IMG/VR virus record: IMGVR_UViG_3300032330_000493
Location: 1-34,020 of that record
DNA length: 34,020 nucleotides
Origin: a virus
Lineage: Duplodnaviria; Caudoviricetes
Reading direction: 5' to 3' (one strand)
Made by a program: the position numbers and the translations under genes. Shown in pieces: positions 1 to 7,744 of this stretch. The notes under the pieces were generated by a model. The model saw only the letters and a list, made by a program, of their open reading frames with translations, had not been told where the DNA came from and ran no database searches. How positions within the stretch are numbered: position 1 is the first letter of the stretch; each line of letters opens with the position of its first letter.

Positions 1-370
1 AACCTTGAGTGCCTTGAGCACCTTGAGATGATGCTAGTCCAGGTGGTCCTTGAGTTCCCTGAGAACCTTGTGAACCTAAACCTTGAGTGCCTTGAGCACC
101 TTGGGAACCTGTATTTCCTACACCTTGAGCACCTTGAGTTCCTTGATTACCAGTTGTACCAGTAGAGCCTTGAATACCCTGCGCACCTTGTACACCTTGA
201 GAACCGGGGCTACCAATACCTTGAGTACCTTGAGCGCCTTGAGAACCACCGCCGCCGCCAGTTCCAGACCAACCAGTTGCCTTCCATGCGTATCCGTTCC
301 ATGTCCAGATGGTTCCATCGTCAGCAGTAAACGTTTGACCATTATATGGACCAGCTGGAAAATCTGCCAT
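1..370 (-). CDS. Collagen-like fibre/virion protein, 5' part only (runs off the window start; absent from the ORF track)
   Basis: Manual translation from ATG at 370: MADFPAGPYNGQTFTADDGTIWTWNGYAWKATGWSGTGGGGG followed by G-X-Q triplets, with no stop before position 1. The FPxxPxxGQT...WTWNGxxW start is typical of phage fibre proteins. TATAAATA lies 30 nt upstream. Confidence 0.85.
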   Translation of the reverse strand, partial: MADFPAGPYNGQTFTADDGTIWTWNGYAWKATGWSGTGGGGGSQGAQGTQGIGSPGSQGVQGAQGIQGSTGTTGNQGTQGAQGVGNTGSQGAQGTQGLGSQGSQGTQGPPGLASSQGAQGTQG

Positions 371-400
371 GTATTAACTCTTATGACGGCGCGAATGTAG

Positions 401-408
401 TATTTATA
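401..408 (-). promoter_or_regulatory. T4-type late promoter TATAAATA
   Basis: Plus-strand tatttata at 401-408 reads TATAAATA on the minus strand. It is intergenic and 30 nt upstream of the ATG at 370. Confidence 0.8.
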
Positions 409-440
409 TCATGTATTTGTACTATACATGTTTGCCAAAA

Positions 441-1115
441 TTATGGTTGAAATGAATAATCTTCTTGGTAATAATTCATTATCATTTGTCTAGTTGCAAA
501 ATCACAATCAGTTAGTAATGAATCTGGTGAAGCGTTTAACTGCGGCACAATTAAATTTGGCGCATCAACTCCACCAAATACTGTGTATAAGGTGCGAACA
601 GAGTTATCAAAATCACTAAAAGGTAAAATTTGCAAATTTGGAGTAACTTGCAACCAATTACTTTGTTTCTGAAGTACAATATATGGCATAAGAGTACTGG
701 CGGCTAAATTTGTTATGACATCGTTTAGACCGATTGTGTCAATAATCTGTTGTTCTTCTGTGGTGCGAGAAGAATAATCTACCATCCAACCATTATGCGG
801 AATTACTGAATTTGGAAATTTTTCAGGTAGTAAGAACATAAGTGCTGAAGTGGCTCTTCTTTTCATAAAAGAAACGGCGCTGGCAAATCTTTCTACTGGG
901 TCTCTCCACATAGCATAAAAATTGCAAGTTGCAATTTCTTCTGGAGTGATAACATCAGTTCTATGAAACTCATGAGAAACGAGTTCATAAAATGTTGGAT
1001 GTGCACCAGGTTTTGATATTTGCGTGGATAAATTTGCAAGACAGTCTCTAACCGTATGGGTGCCAGTTTTTGTAATTCCAAGATATATGTTTTTACGGTC
1101 TGTTGATAATAGCAT
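441..1115 (-). CDS. PAPS-dependent sulfotransferase (Sulfotransfer_2-like family)
   Basis: 5'-PSB-like motif IYLGITKTGTHT, 3'-PB motif MWRDPVERFASAV, C-terminal LNAS...YYQEDY pattern; 224 aa. Confidence 0.75.
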   Translation of the reverse strand: MLLSTDRKNIYLGITKTGTHTVRDCLANLSTQISKPGAHPTFYELVSHEFHRTDVITPEEIATCNFYAMWRDPVERFASAVSFMKRRATSALMFLLPEKFPNSVIPHNGWMVDYSSRTTEEQQIIDTIGLNDVITNLAASTLMPYIVLQKQSNWLQVTPNLQILPFSDFDNSVRTLYTVFGGVDAPNLIVPQLNASPDSLLTDCDFATRQMIMNYYQEDYSFQP

Positions 1116-1141
1116 TTTTAATTACCCTTCTTTAATGTTCA

Positions 1142-4100
1142 TTAACCAATAAGCCAACTGGTGCCATTGCTAACAACAGGAACTCCATTAGCACCACCAC
1201 CACCAACAATTGATAGGAAGGTTATAGCAGTAGCATCAGTAACAAAACTTCTCGCACCAGCGCCAGCAGTAGCAGCTGATGGAAGCGAAGAAACAGTTGT
1301 GGGTGGAGTAACTATAGGATTATTGATAGCAATTCCAACGTTGGCAATACCATAAACTGAAGTGTTTACACTTACTGTTGTCGTTGATGTATTGACAAAA
1401 TTAATCGTGTCTGCAATCAATGCAGTTCCGCTGTTAGCAGTTACTTTTTGTGGTGTATTGAGTATTCCTCTAGTTACAAAACTCATTCCACGAAGGTCAT
1501 CAACTTGGACTAATTTAGCCTTTGGATAGTTGGTGCAACCAGAATCTCTAGCAAAAATTAATTTATAAAGTGGTGCAGGATTTTGTCCAATGAACTCAGA
1601 ATAAGCAGAAGATGTTACGAGGTCTGATAATTTTTCTGCTTGTGCGGCAGCCAAAGTGCTGTATACATTTTGCGCAGGAACAAAAAACACTGGAGCGCCA
1701 TAACTTACATATCTTATAGCGGAAGCAAATACCCAAGAAGTTACATACTGACCATTACTAATTACTGCCGAGGTTCCGTTGGAAGACGCATATGGATAAT
1801 ACTTTGGTCCTGCTGCAGTAGCAATATCAATAAACAATGGATAATCTGTTTCTGCATGAGAATTATATCTTGGACCGCCTTTTACATAACCAACTTCCGG
1901 ATATGTTCCTTCATTTGAAATTACATATCTACCAAGTTTTGCAGGACTACCAAGTTTTTGCTGATATGAATTTGAGGTTGGACTTGCTGTGTTGGCAACA
2001 GTTATAGTTTTGCCTCTATAGTAGATAGAACCACCAGACAAACTAATTTGCGCATGAGAGTTTGCGGAACCATTACCGCTAGTGGTATATCCACTAATGT
2101 CAAAGCCAGAAATGTATCTGGTACCAAATTGGTTGTGTTCTCTTTGTACTACAATATCATCGCAAACTTCATGCAAATTATCAATAAAATTGTAGTAATC
2201 ATAGGTATAACCGCCATTTTTACTTGGGTCATATGTTGTATACGCGCTAGCGATTGCGGCATTTGCATATGATGAACTCCAAGAACCACCGCCAGTGCCA
2301 TCAGAATTTTGAAATGTTGCTACAAAATTACCAGTAATCGTTTTAAATTGCGGATAATCATAATGTGAGAATATTGCAGTTCCTGATGCATTTAGATTGG
2401 CTCTTTGTCCATTAAAATGCAAAACAGTAGATGGATAATATGTTATGCCAGTAGTAAAATCTAAATTAAGTTGAGTATTTGCCAAATATTGTTTTTCAAT
2501 ACCAATCATTGAGGTATTTCCATAAACAAAGGCTTTAAACGTTAAATATGAAGTTGATTGCGTGGTAGGAATTACTATTCTAATGCTATCACTATTTGCA
2601 AAATTAAGTTTTTTATTTCCTAATCTAAGTGTACCTTCATCATATATTGCAACTGTATTTGCAGCAGCAGTTATAGGAAATTTAGCAGTTTGAAGTTTAA
2701 ATTTATTATTTGATGCTGGTGATGGTAATCCTCTTAAATCTTGTACAGCAGCAATAATAGTTTTGTTAGCGTTTGTATATGCTGTGTCATATTTAAATAC
2801 AATTTTCCACAAAGGAATTGGTTGCTGCACTATATGAGAAATTCCAACAGTATCACTATTAATTCCGACAAAAGTTAATGATGCTGGGTCTTCTTCTAAC
2901 GCAGAATCAACATCAGCATATTGTAGCGGTGTTGAAAAGGACGGTATAACTGGATAAGCCCAAAAAATTGGAGTTCCGCGCCCGTTTCCTCCCCCATATA
3001 ACATATTTCCTGCAAAAATATATGAAGTAAAGTATTTTCCGCTTGTTATTCCAGAAGTACTAAATGCTACGTTACTAATACCACTACTAACAGAACTAGT
3101 GTAAAAGTTACTTGAAAATTGAGTTGTTACTGTTGAACTCAATCTTGTACCATCAGTAGTGGATAAATATTGTTGGAATGAATTTGCTGCTGGATTGGCT
3201 GCATTTACTATATCAATTTTTCTTGTTCCATATAATATAGAACCGCCAGACATATAAAATTTGTTATGAGTATTTGATGAACCATTTCCATTAAGCACAA
3301 CTGGAGTTAATTGAAACCCGCTTATAGATTTTGTCCCATTTCCATAATATTCAGCAATATAGTTATATCTGTCTGTTGCTAAGAAAGATTCATCAGTTCT
3401 TCCTGTAAATGTTGTTGGTCCAGGGTATGTACCATTCTTGTCAGAAGTATCAGTATTTTGTAATAAAAATATTCCTAATGGAATCTCATTTGCTAAGTTT
3501 GCAGTAGAATATACGTCGGAAAGAATAAAAGTTTGAGATTTTGTTAAACTTAGCCGCCACGGTGCCGGATATTGGGAGTTGGTAACGGTATTTCTAAATA
3601 CATTAGCAGTTACGATTGGAGAAGATACAACATATCTTGTTCCATCAACCCAATACGCGAAATTGGCTCCTGTTGGTGCAATATTGCAAGTGTCACCCAC
3701 GGTACTGCCGACGTTAACACTAAGAGTCCAATTAGTTAAAGATTCAAATCCTGTTATGCTTGGTGGACTTAAACCGATTGTACCTTGAACACCCTGAGCA
3801 CCTTGAGCGCCTTGAAGACCCTGAACACCTTGAGAACCAGTATTTCCTTGGGTTCCCTGTAAACCTTGAGCACCCTGAGAACCTGTTGTTCCTTGAGCAC
3901 CCTGAAGCCCTTGAGAGCCGATTGTTCCCTGTAGACCTTGAGTACCTTGTAGTCCTTGAACGCCTTGAGAACCACTTAATCCCTGTAGTCCTTGAGAACC
4001 CTGAGAACCTGTTGTTCCTTGTGGACCTTGAAGTCCTTGAGTACCTTGAGAACCAGAACCTTGAACACCTTGAAGTCCTTGAGTACCTTTTTCTCCTTGA

Positions 4101-4837
4101 ACGCCTTGGGAACCCTGAACACCTTGAGAGCCAACTGTTCCTTGTTGACCTTGGACACCTTGAATAGAGGCACCTTGCAAACCTTGAGCGCCCTGTATTC
4201 CTTGAGAACCAGAGTTACCAGCACCCTGAGTGCCTTGTACGCCTTGGGAGCCGTTACCGCTAAAGCCTTGAAGACCCTGAGCGCCTTGGGAGCCTTGAGA
4301 ACCTGTTGTTCCTTGAACACCCTGAGCGCCTTGAGAACCAGAACCTTGAACGCCTTGAAGTCCTTGAGTACCTTGAGAACCGGAACCCTGAACACCTTGA
4401 AGTCCTTGAGTACCTTGAGAACCACTTAATCCCTGTAGTCCTTGAGAACCCTGAGAACCTGTTGTTCCTTGTGGACCTTGAACACCTTGAGAACCAGTAT
4501 TTCCTTGCGTTCCCTGTAGTCCTTGAGAACCCTGAGAACCTACAGTACCTTGTGGACCTTGGCGACCTTGAGAACCCTGAGTGCCTTGTACGCCTTGCGA
4601 ACCTTGTCCGCCATTAGCGCCCTGAGTACCTTGCGCAGTACCTGCTAATCCTTGAATACCAACATTACCTTGGACGCCCTGAGCACCTTGATTGCCAGTA
4701 GTGCCTTGAGCGCCTTGAGTGCCTTGCAAACCTACCGGACCAGGTGCGCCACTTTTAAGACTAACTTTATCCACTGATGGCGATGTTGATACTGTAACAC
4801 CACCAATTTTATTACTATTAGTTATGTTAATTTTCAT
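1142..4837 (-). CDS. Collagen-like long fibre protein with duplicated C-terminal globular domains (putative receptor binding)
   Basis: About 330 aa of G-X-Y (mostly G-X-Q) repeats followed by two paralogous beta-rich domains. The C-terminal TVSSLPSAATAGAGARSFVTDA...VPVVSNGTSWLIG motif is typical of phage fibres. Confidence 0.8.
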   Translation of the reverse strand: MKINITNSNKIGGVTVSTSPSVDKVSLKSGAPGPVGLQGTQGAQGTTGNQGAQGVQGNVGIQGLAGTAQGTQGANGGQGSQGVQGTQGSQGRQGPQGTVGSQGSQGLQGTQGNTGSQGVQGPQGTTGSQGSQGLQGLSGSQGTQGLQGVQGSGSQGTQGLQGVQGSGSQGAQGVQGTTGSQGSQGAQGLQGFSGNGSQGVQGTQGAGNSGSQGIQGAQGLQGASIQGVQGQQGTVGSQGVQGSQGVQGEKGTQGLQGVQGSGSQGTQGLQGPQGTTGSQGSQGLQGLSGSQGVQGLQGTQGLQGTIGSQGLQGAQGTTGSQGAQGLQGTQGNTGSQGVQGLQGAQGAQGVQGTIGLSPPSITGFESLTNWTLSVNVGSTVGDTCNIAPTGANFAYWVDGTRYVVSSPIVTANVFRNTVTNSQYPAPWRLSLTKSQTFILSDVYSTANLANEIPLGIFLLQNTDTSDKNGTYPGPTTFTGRTDESFLATDRYNYIAEYYGNGTKSISGFQLTPVVLNGNGSSNTHNKFYMSGGSILYGTRKIDIVNAANPAANSFQQYLSTTDGTRLSSTVTTQFSSNFYTSSVSSGISNVAFSTSGITSGKYFTSYIFAGNMLYGGGNGRGTPIFWAYPVIPSFSTPLQYADVDSALEEDPASLTFVGINSDTVGISHIVQQPIPLWKIVFKYDTAYTNANKTIIAAVQDLRGLPSPASNNKFKLQTAKFPITAAANTVAIYDEGTLRLGNKKLNFANSDSIRIVIPTTQSTSYLTFKAFVYGNTSMIGIEKQYLANTQLNLDFTTGITYYPSTVLHFNGQRANLNASGTAIFSHYDYPQFKTITGNFVATFQNSDGTGGGSWSSSYANAAIASAYTTYDPSKNGGYTYDYYNFIDNLHEVCDDIVVQREHNQFGTRYISGFDISGYTTSGNGSANSHAQISLSGGSIYYRGKTITVANTASPTSNSYQQKLGSPAKLGRYVISNEGTYPEVGYVKGGPRYNSHAETDYPLFIDIATAAGPKYYPYASSNGTSAVISNGQYVTSWVFASAIRYVSYGAPVFFVPAQNVYSTLAAAQAEKLSDLVTSSAYSEFIGQNPAPLYKLIFARDSGCTNYPKAKLVQVDDLRGMSFVTRGILNTPQKVTANSGTALIADTINFVNTSTTTVSVNTSVYGIANVGIAINNPIVTPPTTVSSLPSAATAGAGARSFVTDATAITFLSIVGGGGANGVPVVSNGTSWLIG
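3775..4750 (-). repeat. Collagen-like 9-bp-period coding repeat (Gly-X-Gln), including a 70-bp exact duplication
   Basis: ccttga(g/a)nnn periodicity on the plus strand; 3963-4032 is identical to 4413-4482. Confidence 0.9.
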
Positions 4838-5166
4838 CTAGTGACCTGTGGAGTAACTGTAATAATACCCTCAATTACTCTAGTTTTTACGCCGCCAGTA
4901 TCAGTCATTATCAAATCGTAAAGATATCTACCAGCCTTAACATTAGCAGTATTTGCAGGCGTCATTGATAATTTAACATTACCTGTTGCAGCATTAGCAA
5001 TAGTTACGGTAATGTTAGCAACAGGATTTGTTGAGTAATACGATTTACGAATTTGAGATTGAAATGCGTAATTTGTTATATTAATGGTAGTTTGGTCATC
5101 ATTTGTTAAACTAATAGAAGTTTCAAATGTTGTACCTTGGTCGATTGTAAGTTCTACATATGCCAT
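4834..5166 (-). CDS. Conserved small virion structural protein (Ig-like, BppU_N-like fibre adaptor)
   Basis: LTIDQGTTF...QIRKSYYS...AGRYLYDL...RVIEGIITVTPQVTR is a pattern I recognise from T4-like cyanophage structural clusters. ATGA overlap with the fibre gene. Confidence 0.7.
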   Translation of the reverse strand: MAYVELTIDQGTTFETSISLTNDDQTTINITNYAFQSQIRKSYYSTNPVANITVTIANAATGNVKLSMTPANTANVKAGRYLYDLIMTDTGGVKTRVIEGIITVTPQVTR

Positions 5167-5193
5167 GATGCGTCTCTGCGTTAGAGTATCATG

Positions 5194-5200
5194 TATTTAG
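5194..5200 (-). promoter_or_regulatory. Late promoter variant CTAAATA
   Basis: Plus-strand tatttag in the 45-nt intergenic gap, about 27 nt upstream of ATG 5166. It shares the 12-mer TATCATGTATTT with the 407-418 region. Confidence 0.6.
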
Positions 5201-5211
5201 GCGTAGCGTTG

Positions 5212-5937
5212 TTAGCCCACGCGATTAAAATTGTATCGGAATGTTACTTTACCAAGACTTCCAACTAAACCAGGATTTGCAGCACCGCCAGTACCATCAC
5301 CACCGTTACCGCCGCCGCCATTAATGCCGGCATATACGCCACTATATCCTGTTGCGCCAGCACTAGCGGTGCTATCTACACCGGCACTAGCAACAACATC
5401 TGCTGCAGCCGAACCATTAATGTTAATATCATTTCCGCCAGTTGCCGTACCAGCACTGCCGCCGGGACTAGTACCGCTAGGATTTTGTATACCATAACTA
5501 CCACCACCGCCACCAGTGCAACTCATTGTAGTAATAGAACTTCCAGATACATTTGATGCGCCCCCATTACCGCCAGATGTACCTGGCATATAAACGGTAG
5601 TTGGAGGAGGAACATCAACAATTGTTGAATAACCAGCAAGACCAAACGCGCCAGCAGAACCTACATTACCTGTAAATGTTTGACCGCCAGAACAAGCAAT
5701 GTATGTTCTAGAATATCCGCCAGAACCGCCACCAGCACCAGCGCGAGTTATGGTACCATCTTTACCTTGAGATGATGCACCACCACCGCCGCCGCCGCCA
5801 GCCCAAACTTCAATAGTTACAAATCTTGCCCCGGCAGGTACAGTTTCAGTAAAACTACCAGCAGTAGCATAAGTTACGGTTTTATCACTATCAACTTGAT
5901 AACCGCGAGTTGTTCCAAAAAGTAATTGATGTCTCAT
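5212..5937 (-). CDS. Glycine-rich fibre-tip/adhesin-like protein
   Basis: FTETVPAGARFVTIEVWAGGGGGGG...GGGSGGY...VGSAG...GKVTFRY matches the phage glycine-rich domain pattern; located in the fibre cluster. Confidence 0.7.
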   Translation of the reverse strand: MRHQLLFGTTRGYQVDSDKTVTYATAGSFTETVPAGARFVTIEVWAGGGGGGGASSQGKDGTITRAGAGGGSGGYSRTYIACSGGQTFTGNVGSAGAFGLAGYSTIVDVPPPTTVYMPGTSGGNGGASNVSGSSITTMSCTGGGGGSYGIQNPSGTSPGGSAGTATGGNDININGSAAADVVASAGVDSTASAGATGYSGVYAGINGGGGNGGDGTGGAANPGLVGSLGKVTFRYNFNRVG

Positions 5938-5956
5938 AGTTTATAAACCTTTATCA

Positions 5957-6466
5957 TTACTTTGTGCCACCACCGCCACCACCGCCAGCAGAACTACTAA
6001 CAAATGTTACATAGGTTGAATCTAAAATTCTAGCGTCAGCAGCACTACTGTTGGATATTTGTAATGTAAATGCAGCAAATTCATCAGTGCCGCTTGTTTG
6101 TAAAAACCATGTAGTGTTTGCAGTTAATTGTACCCAATTCCCTAATGTTCCGCTACTTTGCACTGGGTTAAGGCTAGTATTTGGACTAGGATTCATAACA
6201 GCACGAGCGTAATAGACTGATGTAGGACGAGAAGATGTTTTCCATAATCTTCCTGTAAATGCGCCGCTAACAGCACCACCTGGAGTAGTTTTTGTTGCAA
6301 CTCCATCCATAGTTCCAGCAGGAGTTCCTAACGCATATAAAACTATAGCAGTATTACATGTACCAGTAGTTGATATTCCAACTGAAGCACTTAAGGAAAC
6401 ATTAGCCCCTAATTCTACCCTAAGTGCGTCTGATTTAATTACAGGCGCACGACGCAAAAAACTCAT
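5957..6466 (-). CDS. Hypothetical fibre-associated beta-rich protein
   Basis: 169-aa S/T/G-rich ORF, coupled (TAATG) to the upstream fibre gene; ends in a poly-Gly tail. Confidence 0.55.
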   Translation of the reverse strand: MSFLRRAPVIKSDALRVELGANVSLSASVGISTTGTCNTAIVLYALGTPAGTMDGVATKTTPGGAVSGAFTGRLWKTSSRPTSVYYARAVMNPSPNTSLNPVQSSGTLGNWVQLTANTTWFLQTSGTDEFAAFTLQISNSSAADARILDSTYVTFVSSSAGGGGGGGTK

Positions 6467-7524
6467 TACAGAATATCTCCAATTAGAATAATTTCATTAG
6501 TTGCGGAATAAAGTACGGTTGCGGCTGAATAAGATGCTGCAATATTTGAAGTTGAAAAACTTGCACTATTTTGTTTTGTGACACCAGAACCTGCTGCGAT
6601 AGTTAGATTACCAGTGCCAGCACGAATTACTGTAATGCTAAATCCAGCATACGCAGCTGTCGCAAAAGTAACAGTTCTGGCTGCAATTGATGTATCAACA
6701 ATTACAACTTTACCAGCAGCATTTTCATTATATGAAGCACTTGCGCTTGTTGTTATAATTGGAGTATCAACAACTGTTCCTGTGTATCGAATATTTGCTG
6801 TAGATGTTAGTGTTGCAGTTGCGGAATCAAAACTTGTTCCCGTTGCACCACCCGCTGAACCAGCATTGTTATAGATTAGTTGTCCGGTGGAACCTGCTAC
6901 TGGACCAGTTAAACCTTGGACACCTTGAGTACCCTGAACACCTTGTGAACCAGTTCCGCCAGTGCTACCCAAGTTACCTTGGACACCTTGAGAACCTTGG
7001 GAGCCTAAACCTTGAACACCTTGAACACCTTGGCGTCCCTGAGAACCTTGTACGCCTTGAGTGCCCTGAGCACCTTGTGCAGAACCGCCAACAATTGAAA
7101 AGGAAACGTTAGCATTGCCTGCAGCTGCGCCGGCACCAGCAGAAACAGTAACTTGAATTGTCGAAGTATTAACAAAGTTAACTTGTTGAGCAGAAAGCGT
7201 TGAACCGCCATTAGCAGAAACTGTTGCTGTATTAGGCGTATTTGCTAGAACGGCAGCAACATTAATACTAGAGCCACCTAAGAATAGAGTGCCTGAAACT
7301 TGCGTATTACCAGCAACAGCAAGAACTGTACCAGTAGTTTTAGATAGTGTTAGCGTGCCATTATCCGAGATGGTAGTAGCAACATTTAGAGTAAGACTTC
7401 CGCCATCCTTGTAATATGCGCCATTGCGAAGAACATTGATAGTGTTTGCTACCAAGTTGTGTCTTTGCACCCATGTATTAAATGTGTCTGTTAAGACAAT
7501 TTCACTAATATTTGCATTAGCCAT
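6466..7524 (-). CDS. Short fibre/whisker-like protein with a collagen-like segment
   Basis: N-terminal TDTFNTWVQRHN attachment-type motif, about 60 aa of G-X-Q repeats, and a C-terminal domain GFSITVIRAGTGNLTI...IILIGDI common in phage fibres. Confidence 0.75.
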   Translation of the reverse strand: MANANISEIVLTDTFNTWVQRHNLVANTINVLRNGAYYKDGGSLTLNVATTISDNGTLTLSKTTGTVLAVAGNTQVSGTLFLGGSSINVAAVLANTPNTATVSANGGSTLSAQQVNFVNTSTIQVTVSAGAGAAAGNANVSFSIVGGSAQGAQGTQGVQGSQGRQGVQGVQGLGSQGSQGVQGNLGSTGGTGSQGVQGTQGVQGLTGPVAGSTGQLIYNNAGSAGGATGTSFDSATATLTSTANIRYTGTVVDTPIITTSASASYNENAAGKVVIVDTSIAARTVTFATAAYAGFSITVIRAGTGNLTIAAGSGVTKQNSASFSTSNIAASYSAATVLYSATNEIILIGDIL

Positions 7525-7530
7525 CTACTG

Positions 7531-7740
7531 CTACCTCTTGAGCATATTTTCAATAAGTTTTCTTAACTCATTGATTTCGTCTTTCAGACTATTTATTTCT
7601 TCATTCTGACGTTTATCTTTTTCAACCTGACGCATCTTCATATCATGTTTTTTTAAGATGTCTTTGTCTGTATTAAGAATTGCCTTGCTATAGACATCCC
7701 TAACCAAATTGGTTTCATCTTTTACTTTCATGTACTTCAT
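7531..7740 (-). CDS. Conserved small coiled-coil protein downstream of the VrlC-like gene
   Basis: MKYMKVKDETNLVRDVYSKAILNTD...EINSLKDEINELRKLI. ATG 7740 is preferred over the track start because it avoids overlap with the upstream gene. Confidence 0.7.
   Translation of the reverse strand: MKYMKVKDETNLVRDVYSKAILNTDKDILKKHDMKMRQVEKDKRQNEEINSLKDEINELRKLIENMLKR
7590..7597 (-). promoter_or_regulatory. Possible late promoter AATAAATA
   Basis: Plus-strand tatttatt, about 65 nt upstream of ATG 7524; lies within a CDS. Confidence 0.35.
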
Positions 7741-7744
7741 TATA

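Noticed and set aside
1487-3337. Diversity-generating retroelement TR/VR pair
   Set aside because: The duplicated domains are similar only at protein level, with no adenine-specific mismatch pattern and no reverse transcriptase in the window.
3760-4617. Multiple overlapping ORFs with VLKVLK, EHLEHP or TLSTLR repeats (also at 83-400, 118-342, 6804-7211)
   Set aside because: These are alternative-frame and antisense shadows of the Gly-X-Gln collagen codon repeat.
3775-4750. CRISPR-like array or non-coding tandem repeat
   Set aside because: The 9-bp period lies within an open reading frame; there are no unique spacers and no cas genes.
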